NCBI GenBank assembly: GCA_963667035.1
Contig: OY762964.1
Span: forward strand, 1 to 64,000
Direction of reading: 5' to 3'
DNA: 64,000 nt
Source: Candidatus Cloacimonadales bacterium
GTDB lineage: Bacteria; Cloacimonadota; Cloacimonadia; Cloacimonadales; JAFGVF01
A program made the translations under genes and the position numbers. Below, in pieces: positions 10,985 to 22,125 of this stretch. Position 1 is the stretch's first letter, and each line of letters opens with the position of its first letter. The notes under the pieces were generated by a model, which was given only the letters and a program-made list of their open reading frames with translations, ran no database searches and was not told where the DNA came from.

Positions 10985-12075
10985 ATATGTGATTTAATCG
11001 TCTCAGATACAAGTTTAGTTATATCAGATAAAGATCCGTTAACGGAATTGATTAATGTTACGTTATAGGTAGGGACTGAGCTTAAAGAGGAACTTCTAAT
11101 CATACTATCAGTACTACCATTGTAAAATACTATTTTCTTACCATACTTTTGAGCTAATTCAAACATCCTATATGGCAATTTACCATTTAATGTCTGCATG
11201 TCCATTCTACCTTCTCCCGATATTACTAAATCAGATTTCATAACACTTTCTTCTATTTCCGAGATATCTTTGATTAAGTTAAAGCCGGGTTGTATGTTAC
11301 AATTGAAAAGTGATAGTAAACTTAAAGGTATACCTCCGGCAGCACCACAACCAGAAGTCTCTTCAACATTTATATCTGTTAAATCCTTAAGTAGAATTGA
11401 GTATTTGCGAAATCCATTTTCAAGAATCTCTATATCTGTATCTGAAGCACCTTTCTGCCTTGAGAAAGTTCTTATTGCTCCATTAACTCCGTTTAACGGA
11501 TTTGTTACATCGGTTGCCAGAGTAAAGTGAATCTTATGAATAAGAGGGATGATACTTGAATAATCAATGCTATCTATGTTAAATAGATTACCTCCGTTAG
11601 GGATTATAGGATTGTCATTTTTATCTTTAAATATAGCTCCCAGAGCACTCAGAATTCCACAACCTGCGTCATTGGTTGCACTACCGCCTAGGGTTAGATA
11701 TATTTCCTTGCAACCTCTTTCAATTGCTGATTTGATTTGCAATCCGGTGCCTAAGCTACTAGACTTAAGAGGTTCAAGATTACCATTTAACAGATGTAAT
11801 CCCGATGCTTGAGCTGTTTCAATAAAAGCTTTCCTATCTAGCTTTAACCATTTTGCAGTAATGCTTCTTCCTAACGGGTCAACAGACTTTTCTATGATAG
11901 TTTCCGAGTTAAGATAAAAGTTGATAACTTCAAGTGCTCCGTCTCCTCCGTCACTCATTGGAAACTTCATTACTTCCAGAGTATCATTTGCAATCCGTAT
12001 TCCTTTCTCAATTGCATCACATATCTGGTAACTGGAATAAGACCCTTTATAAGAGTCAGGAGCTACTAGAATCAT
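10981..12075 (-). CDS. glxK: Glycerate kinase
   Basis: APDSYKGS, PMSDGGDG, LGGSATNDAG, GCGAAGG, SGEGRMDMQTLNGK. Confidence 0.93.
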   Translation of the reverse strand: MILVAPDSYKGSYSSYQICDAIEKGIRIANDTLEVMKFPMSDGGDGALEVINFYLNSETIIEKSVDPLGRSITAKWLKLDRKAFIETAQASGLHLLNGNLEPLKSSSLGTGLQIKSAIERGCKEIYLTLGGSATNDAGCGILSALGAIFKDKNDNPIIPNGGNLFNIDSIDYSSIIPLIHKIHFTLATDVTNPLNGVNGAIRTFSRQKGASDTDIEILENGFRKYSILLKDLTDINVEETSGCGAAGGIPLSLLSLFNCNIQPGFNLIKDISEIEESVMKSDLVISGEGRMDMQTLNGKLPYRMFELAQKYGKKIVFYNGSTDSMIRSSSLSSVPTYNVTLINSVNGSLSDITKLVSETIKSHI

Positions 12076-12923
12076 AAATCTGCTTTCATTAACATAAACA
12101 TGCGTTGAAGATTTAGATTATGCATTTTGGGTACCCATAAATCTTTCTCTGTAATCCCGGATAGTACAGACTCAATAGTGATTTCATTTTTTAAATCCTC
12201 TAAGCTGATATCACTATCAACACTAAATATATATTCGCTTAATGAAATACTATTCTCTAAATAAGAGATACCTAGATCTAGGAAATCTTTTTTAACAGGT
12301 TTACCGTGACCCGGTACAATTGTTTCGAATTCAAGCTCTTTCAGTCTTTTTAAAGAATCTAATAGAAGATACGGGTTGTCCCAATAATAATAAGGGATAG
12401 TTACTCCGGGTCCATTTAAAACAGAATCACCTGCAATTAACACATTCTCATTTTTCAATAGAACAACTGAGGAGTCCGGAGAGTGTCCGGGTGAGTGAAT
12501 TATTCTTATCCCACAATCATCAAGTGAGTATTCATCTTCAAACTCAATATCAGGAAGTTCGACTTTCAGTTTCTTTTCACTTATAGCTCTATGTGAGCGA
12601 ATCATGTTTCTTTCTCTTAGGAGAGTTTCAATACAGTTTTTTCTGGCAATAGTTTTTGTGTTTTCGCTTTTTAATGTGGGATTACCATAGCAGTGATCAC
12701 TGTGATAATGAGTGTTTATAATGTAATCACACTTTTCCCCTTCAAAACTATCTTTCAAGTTTAGTATATCTTCGGGAAACAGTTGGGTATCAATCACTAT
12801 ATATATATCATCTGCCGAGTAGATAGTTGAGTTTACTAAATTCTTAGGAGAAGTATATATCCTGATATTAGAGTTTATTTCAATCATGATAGAAAATAAG
12901 CTGTCTATTTTGAGACAGCTCAT
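12072..12923 (-). CDS. MBL-fold metallo-hydrolase
   Basis: THYHSDH, PGHS, AGD, VPGHG motifs. Confidence 0.9.
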   Translation of the reverse strand: MSCLKIDSLFSIMIEINSNIRIYTSPKNLVNSTIYSADDIYIVIDTQLFPEDILNLKDSFEGEKCDYIINTHYHSDHCYGNPTLKSENTKTIARKNCIETLLRERNMIRSHRAISEKKLKVELPDIEFEDEYSLDDCGIRIIHSPGHSPDSSVVLLKNENVLIAGDSVLNGPGVTIPYYYWDNPYLLLDSLKRLKELEFETIVPGHGKPVKKDFLDLGISYLENSISLSEYIFSVDSDISLEDLKNEITIESVLSGITEKDLWVPKMHNLNLQRMFMLMKADL

Positions 12924-12925
12924 AT

Positions 12926-14011
12926 TTATTTAAGTATTATAAGCTTCTTTGTTACTGAACCTGAAGAACTACTTAATCTACAATAGTAGATACCATTTGG
13001 AAGAGCTCTTCCTTCATCATCTTTTCCATTCCAAGTAAGTTCGTGTTCCCCAGCCTCAATCATACCGCTTTTTATCACACGAACCTTTCTTCCTTTGACA
13101 TCATATAATGTGATGTCTACCGTTTCATTCTTAGTTGTTTTATAACCGATTGTTGTTGCCGGGAAGAAAGGATTCGGATATATAGATAGTATCTCAAGTT
13201 TATTCAACTGATAGTTATCTTGATTGCTGCTAGGACCACTAGCGTTAATTGTCCAAGCGTGATCTATAGTATGCTGACCGTTATCGAAGACAACTCTAAC
13301 AATGTGTTCACCTTCAATGTTAAAATTGTGAGTAAATTCAAAGGCAGATTCACTTTCTTCTATAAGTTGATCGTCAACATACCACAAAAGGTTGAGTGTA
13401 TGGGTAAGTGAGTAGGCAAAAGCATTAAAATTAACTGAATCACCGGTGTTAACAGCAATCACTTCTTCCAGAGGAAGCAATAATGCCACACTGATATCAA
13501 TAACCGTTACACTATAAATCTCAACATCTTCCAAAGGTTTATCATTATCATTAGTAGCAACTTCTGATATTGCATATACAACATCCATACCTTCGATAAT
13601 ATGGCCGAAGATAGAATAACTTCCATCTAGCCAAGTAGTTGCTGCAACTGTTATATAGTACTGAGAGCCATTTGTATTCGGACCACTATTTGCCATAGCC
13701 AGTACACCCGGTCCATCGTGGGTCAGGTCAGGATGAAACTCATCAGGGATTGTATAACCTGGTCCACCGTATCCTGTTCCCAGTGGACACCCGTCTTGAA
13801 TCATAAATCCAGCTATTACTCTATGAAAAATCAAGTTGTTGTAGAAACCGCTATTAGCCAAGTCAATAAAGTTACCTGCTATTCCGGGTACTAAGTCTTC
13901 TCTTAGTTCAGCCTTGAAGTTACCCATTGAAGTTTGCCATTCAACTTGTGTCTGAGCAGATAACATAAGAATCAACAAAGAAAACAAAATAACTAACAAT
14001 CTTACTTTCAT
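12926..14011 (-). CDS. Secreted cyclophilin-type peptidyl-prolyl isomerase with Ig-like domain and FlgD/T9SS-like CTD
   Basis: FHRVIAGFMIQDG, LAMANSGPNTNGSQYYIT; signal peptide from ATG 14011 after GGAGG; C-term IYPNPF...KKLIILK. Confidence 0.9.
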   Translation of the reverse strand: MKVRLLVILFSLLILMLSAQTQVEWQTSMGNFKAELREDLVPGIAGNFIDLANSGFYNNLIFHRVIAGFMIQDGCPLGTGYGGPGYTIPDEFHPDLTHDGPGVLAMANSGPNTNGSQYYITVAATTWLDGSYSIFGHIIEGMDVVYAISEVATNDNDKPLEDVEIYSVTVIDISVALLLPLEEVIAVNTGDSVNFNAFAYSLTHTLNLLWYVDDQLIEESESAFEFTHNFNIEGEHIVRVVFDNGQHTIDHAWTINASGPSSNQDNYQLNKLEILSIYPNPFFPATTIGYKTTKNETVDITLYDVKGRKVRVIKSGMIEAGEHELTWNGKDDEGRALPNGIYYCRLSSSSGSVTKKLIILK

Positions 14012-14751
14012 TATACCTCCTTCCAATATACCTTCATGAATCTTTCTAAACATAACTCTCCAATGGGAGCAATCTTGTTTTTACAAAGAAAATCATCTAT
14101 TTCATTAGCCTTTAGAAATCTGATACAGCTATGTTCCCTGAAGTCTTTTGCAAACTCCATCTTTTGACTTAGTTCTTGAGAGTTTATACTTAACTCGGTA
14201 TAAGTTAGTATCTCAGGTTTATGATAAACATGATTAACACCAAGCCCGATACATTTAATACTTATAATATCGGATTCGCTAATGTTTAATTCTTCTTCAA
14301 GTTCTGCTTTCATCATATCCAAAGGATGCATTCCCATTAGAACTCTTTCGTCAATTGTTCCTCCCGGAACATGCCATTCTTCATTTCCTTCTGCAAGTAA
14401 CATGCTTCTTTTACCGATTACTATCATTTTATCAGCAGTAACAACTACACTGCAAATAGCGAGAGTATTAGTATAATTATCCGGTACGGCATTCTTTAGG
14501 TTTAAAGCATAGAAATATCTGTATTCATCTTCTCTTAGCGTGAGCATTAACTTATCTTCACTAAAAGAATAACAATGCAGATTGGCTACTATACCGTTAA
14601 ATAAGTAATTATCCTTAACTATCCTATCCCACAGTCTATCAACTTTATCTCTAATTTGCTCTGAGTAAAGAGCTTTCATAGAGTCTACAGTTATCAATAT
14701 CTGTTCCTTATCTCCTATGAAATCAGCAAGAATCTCTGCATTTGAAGACAT
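14011..14751 (-). CDS. NUDIX hydrolase-like protein
   Basis: WHVPGGTID...MMKAELEEELNI Nudix-box-like motif. Confidence 0.75.
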   Translation of the reverse strand: MSSNAEILADFIGDKEQILITVDSMKALYSEQIRDKVDRLWDRIVKDNYLFNGIVANLHCYSFSEDKLMLTLREDEYRYFYALNLKNAVPDNYTNTLAICSVVVTADKMIVIGKRSMLLAEGNEEWHVPGGTIDERVLMGMHPLDMMKAELEEELNISESDIISIKCIGLGVNHVYHKPEILTYTELSINSQELSQKMEFAKDFREHSCIRFLKANEIDDFLCKNKIAPIGELCLERFMKVYWKEV

Positions 14752-15446
14752 TAATGTTTCTTAACTTTCTTTCTGATTATAACAACAAACTCACCTTTTG
14801 GTAAACCTTCGGTCATAGTAATAATCTCTCCGATTGTTCCAATGAAAACTTTTTCATCCTGATATGTCAGTTTGTATCCCAACATTGCTTTGCGGTTACT
14901 TCCAAGGACAGTTGCCATATCTCGGAGTAAAGCCGGCATCCTGTATGGAGCTTCTAATAAAACAATATCCTCATTAATCTGAGAGTTTAATGTTCGTAAC
15001 TCAGATATTCTGGCATCTTTACTTGGAGGAAGAAATCCGTAGTAAAAGAATTTATTAAGAGGTAGTCCACTAACTTGAAGCATGGACATTATTGATGAAG
15101 CTCCGGGTACAGGGAAAACCGGAATACCATTATCATGACAATAACGAACTAGTCTGTTTCCCGGATCTGCAAAAAGAGGTGTTCCTGCATCTGAGATCAG
15201 TGCTAAAGTTTTTCTTTGCATTAGAAGCATATCAAGAAGTTCCATAGTTCCTTCTTTTTCATTATGCTCATTTAGTTCAAACCAAGGTTTCTTTATCTCG
15301 TGTCTTCTTAACAAGGTTGTTCCTGGTTTACGTTCTTCTAAAACAATCAGGTCTACATTCTTCAAGACATTGAGAGCTCTGATGGTGATATCATCGGGAT
15401 TACCGATTGGTGTTGCTACTATATATAATCCGTGTTTTAATTCCAT
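14751..15446 (-). CDS. rsmI: 16S rRNA (cytidine1402-2'-O)-methyltransferase
   Basis: LYIVATPIGNPDDITIRA, LISDAGTP..DPG, PVPGAS, YYGFLP, EAPYR, KGEFV. Confidence 0.93.
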   Translation of the reverse strand: MELKHGLYIVATPIGNPDDITIRALNVLKNVDLIVLEERKPGTTLLRRHEIKKPWFELNEHNEKEGTMELLDMLLMQRKTLALISDAGTPLFADPGNRLVRYCHDNGIPVFPVPGASSIMSMLQVSGLPLNKFFYYGFLPPSKDARISELRTLNSQINEDIVLLEAPYRMPALLRDMATVLGSNRKAMLGYKLTYQDEKVFIGTIGEIITMTEGLPKGEFVVIIRKKVKKH

Positions 15447-17779
15447 TGTTTCCTTCTTAAAATTGTATAACTGCCAATAGCAGTTGCGAGTAATGATAGA
15501 ATCAGGCCTATCAAGCTGAGTTTCAATCCAGTAAAGTAGCTGTTAGGATGGAAATCCATTACTATCTCATGTTCTCCGGCAGGAACGACAATTCCTCTAA
15601 TGACACCGTTAACAGGATAGATTGGTGTCTCGATTCCATCAATAAATGCTTTCCAACCGGCAGGATAAAATACTTCACTAACGACCAGAAGTGATTTTTT
15701 ATCTGTTATTGCTTTCATTGAAATCTTATGTATTTCATAATCAGTAACATTTACGGTAGTTTGTTCAGGTGACTCAATTCCGGTTATTTCTTCTTCAACA
15801 AAAGCTGTAGATGAAGGGTCAAATTTATCATCACTTACAAGTGCAGGTATCTTATCGACATCAGCTATTTGAATAGCTTTTACAAACCATGCTTTGGGTA
15901 AAGCTAAAGGATTATTGTATAGCTTTAAATCACCTTTCTTAACAAGAGGATTCCCGATATCCTGGGTTGATAATATGTACTTACTATTCATCATATTGAT
16001 GAAGTTCATTGAATTAAAATACTCGGGATTTTCCCAATATTTCTGATATCTGGTAAGCTTTGCTCCATGATAACCTGATGTTGTGGGTACAAAAGCAGAG
16101 TATGTGTTATCCATTGTTTTTTCCGGATAATGTAATCTATAATAACCTTCTTGTTTCATAATGTATCTAGCTATTGAATCAGCCTTAAGCTCATGCTTTT
16201 TCGCTTTCTTCAAGTTTGTGAAATAGTTATTGTCAACAATCTTCAAATCAATAAATACAGCTAACATTATCAAAACTAAGAAAGAGAACTTTTTCAGTTT
16301 TTTCATCGAATACAGCCAGCTTAAGCCTATAGTTATGATTCCCAAGAATGAAGCTCTTATTATACCAGAATAAGCCATATTCAATCTTACATTCTTTAAA
16401 TCTTCAAGTATTTTTGCAGGATATTGAGCTTCTCTTGCTGTCATTAAGGCAGTATTGGACATAATGACTTTCCCAAACACTAATCCTAGAAGAACTAATC
16501 CCGAGAATATGAGGAAAGTTTTTTTTAGTAATTTTTGTGATTTCTCATCTTGAGCGGTTAAGATGGTTTTTAATCCGAAACCGGCCAGGATTACAACTGT
16601 TACTTGGCAGATAACCAAAATGGTTGCCGGAACTCTAAACTTATTGAATCCGGGTAGGTAGTTAAGCAGAAAATCACTTAATACCGGAGAGTATTTACCA
16701 AATGACATTATGGTAAAGATTACAATTGAAATCCATAAAAATATTACTTCTTTTCTACGATTGAGAATTAGAGCAAGAATAGCCAAGAGAAGGACAACAA
16801 ATCCTACGTAATGATATACTTGAGTAAAACTCATCCATCCCCAATATCCGGGAATTCCATATCTGTTCAAGTCTCCTTTAACAGGTATTGATATTCCGCC
16901 AAATAAATCCGGAACTACAAAACTCCATAGCTCTGCAGGATGTAAAGACCAGCCTTGAGCATAGTCTTTATCCAAACCACTATCTCCACCTCTTATTGTA
17001 TACTTAGAATACTCATAGGTAGAAAGATAAGGATTCATAACCGCCATAGTAACTATAATTACTACAATTAATCCCAAAGCTGTAAAACTACCAAAATTCT
17101 TTAATTCTTTGTTTTTAATTGCTAATATCAATTCATATATCCAATATAAGCCAACAAATAAAAGGGTGTAATATGTGATTTGAAGATGGTTAGCCCTGAA
17201 TTGAGCTATCAAGAAAGCGGAGAATAATCCTACTCCGAGTAGGTTTCTTTTCTCTCTCAGATAGAATAGACTCCATACAATCCAAGGAATAAACATAAAC
17301 GCTCTGAATTTAGTGTTATGTCCAATATCCAGTAATCCTACTACATGTCCCGTAAAAGCAAACGCTAAACCCATAATAATAGCTATAAGTACACCAAAAC
17401 CAAAATAAGTACCAATGAGGTACATTCCGGCAGCACCTAAGAAAAGGTAAGTAAGTCTCCAGTTTATTATCTTTTTTGTTAAAGCCAGGGTTTCTTTTAT
17501 GAAAGGATACTTGTTAGGTAATGAAACTAGATAAGATGGCATTCCTGCAAAGATATTGGGAGTCCATAAAGCTTGATCCTTATGAGTAGCATTGTAGTCT
17601 TGTAGAACCTTAGCCGATGCTTCCCATTGGGTAGTATCATGGGTATTGGGCTCATAATTCTGATAGCCTATCTTAAAAAATGCTATACTAAGAACAATAA
17701 AGATAAACAATAAAGCTATCAAGTGTTGGATTTTATCGGGTATTAAAAAACTTCTTTTCGTTTCACTTTTTTGTGCCAT
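15437..17779 (-). CDS. YfhO-family membrane protein (GT-C-like)
   Basis: LWTPNIFAGMP, many TM helices, NKFRVP, GYHGAKL, SEVFYPAGWKAFIDG. Confidence 0.85.
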   Translation of the reverse strand: MAQKSETKRSFLIPDKIQHLIALLFIFIVLSIAFFKIGYQNYEPNTHDTTQWEASAKVLQDYNATHKDQALWTPNIFAGMPSYLVSLPNKYPFIKETLALTKKIINWRLTYLFLGAAGMYLIGTYFGFGVLIAIIMGLAFAFTGHVVGLLDIGHNTKFRAFMFIPWIVWSLFYLREKRNLLGVGLFSAFLIAQFRANHLQITYYTLLFVGLYWIYELILAIKNKELKNFGSFTALGLIVVIIVTMAVMNPYLSTYEYSKYTIRGGDSGLDKDYAQGWSLHPAELWSFVVPDLFGGISIPVKGDLNRYGIPGYWGWMSFTQVYHYVGFVVLLLAILALILNRRKEVIFLWISIVIFTIMSFGKYSPVLSDFLLNYLPGFNKFRVPATILVICQVTVVILAGFGLKTILTAQDEKSQKLLKKTFLIFSGLVLLGLVFGKVIMSNTALMTAREAQYPAKILEDLKNVRLNMAYSGIIRASFLGIITIGLSWLYSMKKLKKFSFLVLIMLAVFIDLKIVDNNYFTNLKKAKKHELKADSIARYIMKQEGYYRLHYPEKTMDNTYSAFVPTTSGYHGAKLTRYQKYWENPEYFNSMNFINMMNSKYILSTQDIGNPLVKKGDLKLYNNPLALPKAWFVKAIQIADVDKIPALVSDDKFDPSSTAFVEEEITGIESPEQTTVNVTDYEIHKISMKAITDKKSLLVVSEVFYPAGWKAFIDGIETPIYPVNGVIRGIVVPAGEHEIVMDFHPNSYFTGLKLSLIGLILSLLATAIGSYTILRRKQWN

Positions 17780-18835
17780 CTATGTATCACACTCCTTATT
17801 AACATTACTACACATTATTAAATATAAGAATCTTAGCTCTTTCACTTCTTTAGCAACTAAAGATATCGCAGAAGCTATCGGTACAGCAAGTATCATCCCA
17901 ATTGGTCCCCATACCCATGACCAGAAGATTAAAAATACAAGTATTGTAATGGGAGATAAATTCAAAGCATCACCCATAACTTTAGGTTCGACAATATTAC
18001 CCATACCTACTTGTATCATGGTCATTACTCCCGATATTGCAATCAATTGCCAACTGAAACCATACTGTAAAAAGCATACAAGTATGGGGAATGCAGAAGC
18101 TACAAAAGAACCAAAGTTTGGTATGTAATTCAGCAAGAATAATAGTATACCTGAAATAATCACAAAATCTATTTTGAAGAGATAAATAAACAGCATTCCC
18201 AATAATGCAGTTATGACACTTATCAGAGTTTTTCGGCTCAGGTAATGTCGCAAACTCCTTTCAATTGTTTTCAATATCTTATGAAACTCAAGGTTGCGTT
18301 TCTCGCCTAATGCACTATTAACTCTTGCACTAATCGCATCTCTCTCGAGCATCATAAATATAAAGAAAATAAACGTCAGGAATGTTTCTATTGAGAAGCT
18401 GACAAATGTGCCCATTGTATTAGATACTACTTTTGTGACAGATAATCTGTTAGCAACATTGAACCAATTAACTTCATTTACAAGGTAAGATTTTACATCA
18501 GTTATTGGTAATTGGAGTTTTTGTATCAATGTTTCAGTCATCTCAATCAGTTTAGCTTCATATTTAGGAAACTCTTCAATAAACCCATGAAAACTTGCGA
18601 ATACTACACTGCCGAATAGAAAAGAAATGATTACCAATATAGATACAGCCAGTACCAGACTCAATACTTTTGGTGTTTTCCTTTTGAATAACTTAGTCAA
18701 GGGACTAAAGCTAATCACAAGAAATGCTGAGATTGTCATTGGAATGAATATCCCTTTCAATTCTCGTAAAATTATGACTATGATTGTCAAAGCAATTATG
18801 CTTAGTAAAATAACTACATATTTCATTTTATCCAT
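17780..18835 (-). CDS. AI-2E family transporter
   Basis: LNYIPNFGS, GNIVEPKVMGDALNLSP, WSWVWGPIGMILAVP. Confidence 0.92.
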   Translation of the reverse strand: MDKMKYVVILLSIIALTIIVIILRELKGIFIPMTISAFLVISFSPLTKLFKRKTPKVLSLVLAVSILVIISFLFGSVVFASFHGFIEEFPKYEAKLIEMTETLIQKLQLPITDVKSYLVNEVNWFNVANRLSVTKVVSNTMGTFVSFSIETFLTFIFFIFMMLERDAISARVNSALGEKRNLEFHKILKTIERSLRHYLSRKTLISVITALLGMLFIYLFKIDFVIISGILLFLLNYIPNFGSFVASAFPILVCFLQYGFSWQLIAISGVMTMIQVGMGNIVEPKVMGDALNLSPITILVFLIFWSWVWGPIGMILAVPIASAISLVAKEVKELRFLYLIMCSNVNKECDT

Positions 18836-18985
18836 AAATTGTAGTGTTGTTAAATGGGTTTTAATGTCAATGCTAATTTATCACGACTTGCATAACATAA
18901 GTTCCATGACTAAATAGATGTCAGATAGTACTAATTAATATTAATCTAATGACTCTATCTTAGAAAAACCAGAGATGTGTTTGTA

Positions 18986-19576
18986 TCAATAATCTTGTTT
19001 TAGCAATATTTTATTAGTAATAGCTTCCAATTTAAGCTTAGGTACATGATGTGTATTGTCCGAATCTCTATAGTATTTAACAGATTCATGAGGAGTAATG
19101 CTTTCAAGTATTACTTTCTCAACTGGTTTTCCGAGAGCTATAACAAGCTGAGGGCTATAGTTAGAAGAAACATTAAGTAAAGAGGATATTTTTTCTTTGT
19201 TAAAAGCACCAATCATACAACCACCGTATCCATCATATACAGCAGATAAAAGAATACTTTGGGATGCTATCCCTATATCAACTCCAAGCATTCTATCTTC
19301 AATAGGAGGGGCCAGTATGACTATATATGCTACAGGTCTTTCTCCTTCTTCCGGTCCTTTCCATTCCTGAAGATATCCGGCCCAAGAAGTCAGTGAAAAT
19401 ATTTCGGAACAAACATCCGATTCTACTGTATAATAGTACCTTAATCTCTGTAGATTTGCTGCAGAACCGGAGAGTCTGGCATTATTAATCCAACTCAAAA
19501 GTCCGGTTTCTTCTATTCTTATCGATTGATTGAATCTTCTATAGCTTCTATTCTGTGTAATAAGTTTATCTAACAA
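18986..19576 (-). CDS. Nitroreductase-family protein
   Basis: NRSYRRF, SAANLQ, DIGIASQSILL, GYGGCMIG, IALGKP. Confidence 0.9.
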   Translation of the reverse strand: MLDKLITQNRSYRRFNQSIRIEETGLLSWINNARLSGSAANLQRLRYYYTVESDVCSEIFSLTSWAGYLQEWKGPEEGERPVAYIVILAPPIEDRMLGVDIGIASQSILLSAVYDGYGGCMIGAFNKEKISSLLNVSSNYSPQLVIALGKPVEKVILESITPHESVKYYRDSDNTHHVPKLKLEAITNKILLKQDY

Positions 19577-19646
19577 TTCAACTCCTTATACCTAATTATT
19601 TATAACAGATATTCAAAACAATCTAAGTATACCCTATTTAACTGTC

Positions 19647-19679
19647 AAAAAAAAAGCCTGCCGAGTTTTCGACAGGCTT
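19647..19679 (-). terminator. Intrinsic terminator of the glucanase operon
   Basis: Minus strand AAGCCTGTCG-aaaact-CGGCAGGCTT followed by a T tract. Confidence 0.85.
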
Positions 19680-19693
19680 ATGATTTATAATTT

Positions 19694-21481
19694 CTATTTT
19701 AAAAGAATCATCTTTTTCATGTTTGATTGTTCACCAACTTTAAGTTTATAGAAATAAACTCCTGAGCTTACTGTATGATTGCTTAAATCTTTGCCATCCC
19801 ATTTTATCGAATGATTCCCTTCCGATTGGTTTTGGGATACTAAAGTATTGATCTTTTGACCTTTTAGATTATATATCTCAACTTCAACATAACTTCTCTT
19901 ATCCAAGCTGTAAGAGATTGTTGTTACAGGATTGAAAGGATTAGGATAGTTTTGTCTTAACTCGAAATGAGTCATCTCAGTACTATTCTCTTCGTTGGAA
20001 ACTGAGCCTCCATCCCAATATATATCATCTAAAGCAAACTCACATTGAGCACCTGATTCTTCAAGAATCACAAACTCATAGCTAAGCATTCTTAGGTCAA
20101 TAAATTCACCTCGAATATCTTCCACAGGAATAGCTGCCTGACCCCATTGACCGTTTCTTACAAGACCGTAAGTTGTCTGGAAAGCAGGGAACTGAACATA
20201 CGATTGATTTCCCCAAGCATCAATAATACCAATCTTGAAAGTAACATAGTCAGGGATGTTTATTCTAAATTTTAGAAAGCCATCTCCGAAGTTAATGAGA
20301 TTAGTAGGTTGCATAGACATTACTCCTGCACCAAACCATCCTAGATTAGCTGTATTCCAAGATATTCCGTTTTCTCCTTCAAAAGGTGCAATTGTTCCTT
20401 CATTAAGAGTTCCTTCCCAGACGTATATTTCAGCATCAACACCAATCTCAAAACTATTATTAACTTCCGTTTCATCAGTAAATATGCCAAATGAGACATT
20501 TTCAGGAGTAGGAGGTCCTACATGAACTTCACCCTGACCGTTCCATTGATTTACTTTTATATAATCAACATACATTTCAGCAGGAAGAGGTAAAGATATG
20601 GGAGCACCGCTTCCGTTTAGAGTCATACCGTCAGTAAAGAGACCGCCAATAGCGAAATTTGTTACCAGATAGAATGGATTCCGGAATTCTGCAGAGACTT
20701 CGTCAAATGCCAAAGGCTCTTCGTACAAAGCATATTCAACCCCGTCATCAATAACGGTGAATTGAATGCTTGTGTTGTCCCAATAAGCTCTATATAGAAC
20801 AAATCTACCTGTTAAAGGTGGATCATAACTATAGTGAGGACGACAATTCTCATCGGTAGGATCCCATGAGATACTTGCTGCGCCACTAGGATTATCAGGA
20901 TTTATAGAATCTTCCGAATAGAAAATTGCATTAGCTCCGACCACCTGATTAACTGTTGAATTATCCTGACCGTTACCTCCGTTGTGAGTATCATGAAGAT
21001 TACGGAAAGATTGAGTGTGTCCCATTTCCATCATATCAATTTCACCGCAATAAGGCCAATTGAGGTTACTAGTTCCAAGTAACCAGATTGCCGGCCATCC
21101 ACCAAGATCTATGTTTGGGATTAAAACTCTTGCTTCAATCACTCCATACTTAATAGAAACTTTAGATTTTGTATTTAATCTACCCGATGTGTAGTTTAGA
21201 GGGTTACCCCATTGATCTGTAATATTAGGACCTGATTCGTTTCTAGCCGTAATTCTAAGAGCATTGTTTCCTGATTCTCCCGGAATCTCGGCAATATCTA
21301 CATTGTCAGGGGAATAATACTCAAGTTCTGCATTCCCCCAACCCCAAGAGCCGTTTCCAGTCTCAATAATCCAATTATCAAGATTATTAAAGTTCTCTTG
21401 CCAAAGAAGTTCACCAATCTCGGCATTTAATCCTATTACTATAAAAACAAAACCGATTAAAACTAATATCTTTTTACTCAT
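19694..21481 (-). CDS. Secreted GH16 beta-1,3-glucanase (laminarinase-like) with accessory domain and CTD
   Basis: GWGNAELEYY, YTSGRLNT, WPAIWLLG, catalytic GEIDMME; C-term QNYPNPFNP...KKMILLK. Confidence 0.9.
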   Translation of the reverse strand: MSKKILVLIGFVFIVIGLNAEIGELLWQENFNNLDNWIIETGNGSWGWGNAELEYYSPDNVDIAEIPGESGNNALRITARNESGPNITDQWGNPLNYTSGRLNTKSKVSIKYGVIEARVLIPNIDLGGWPAIWLLGTSNLNWPYCGEIDMMEMGHTQSFRNLHDTHNGGNGQDNSTVNQVVGANAIFYSEDSINPDNPSGAASISWDPTDENCRPHYSYDPPLTGRFVLYRAYWDNTSIQFTVIDDGVEYALYEEPLAFDEVSAEFRNPFYLVTNFAIGGLFTDGMTLNGSGAPISLPLPAEMYVDYIKVNQWNGQGEVHVGPPTPENVSFGIFTDETEVNNSFEIGVDAEIYVWEGTLNEGTIAPFEGENGISWNTANLGWFGAGVMSMQPTNLINFGDGFLKFRINIPDYVTFKIGIIDAWGNQSYVQFPAFQTTYGLVRNGQWGQAAIPVEDIRGEFIDLRMLSYEFVILEESGAQCEFALDDIYWDGGSVSNEENSTEMTHFELRQNYPNPFNPVTTISYSLDKRSYVEVEIYNLKGQKINTLVSQNQSEGNHSIKWDGKDLSNHTVSSGVYFYKLKVGEQSNMKKMILLK

Positions 21482-21490
21482 TAAATTACC

Positions 21491-22114
21491 TTATTGCCTT
21501 TTTGTTATTGTTTTTGATTCAAAGTCATATACATAACCCCATTCGCTCAAATCGGCAAGTGCTAAGGCAGGATCTGAATAGAGTGGTAGTAAATTTAGTT
21601 CGGAAGGGTCATACATAGCTTCTCCGACCATATCCCTTAATATGACGGCATAATATGTATCATCGTCAATCCACCAGGCATTCCACCAGGTAACAGAGTC
21701 ATAGAAGTTATCGAGCATTGCTCTATATGCTTTCTTTGCATGTTCTTTTGCATTAAGACTTCCGCTTTCCGTATATATTTCGTGAAGTGAACGGGCTGTA
21801 AAATATTGATACTCACCGATTGGTATATTTGCTAACATTGTTCCCCAGAGATAGAATCTTGTAAGTGCAGAAGGGCTTTCATCATTAAAGTCCCATACGT
21901 TTTCACTGTTCAAACTAGCTTTAGCAAACGGATTATCCGGATTATCAAGGATATCTTTATTGGGATGAATACCTTCATCTACAGAATATAAGTCCAGAGT
22001 TGATTCGGTAGGTAATTCAATTGTAGTAGCAGTGATACCATTTTTAACATCACAACCGGTTAGCATAAGTAAAGTAAGTAGTGCCATAACTAAGAGAATT
22101 CTATATTTTTTCAT
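21491..22114 (-). CDS. Hypothetical lipoprotein in the glucanase operon
   Basis: Lipobox LTGC; tight spacing with both neighbours; Trp/Tyr-rich. Confidence 0.75.
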   Translation of the reverse strand: MKKYRILLVMALLTLLMLTGCDVKNGITATTIELPTESTLDLYSVDEGIHPNKDILDNPDNPFAKASLNSENVWDFNDESPSALTRFYLWGTMLANIPIGEYQYFTARSLHEIYTESGSLNAKEHAKKAYRAMLDNFYDSVTWWNAWWIDDDTYYAVILRDMVGEAMYDPSELNLLPLYSDPALALADLSEWGYVYDFESKTITKRQ

Positions 22115-22125
22115 AATCTTCTCCT

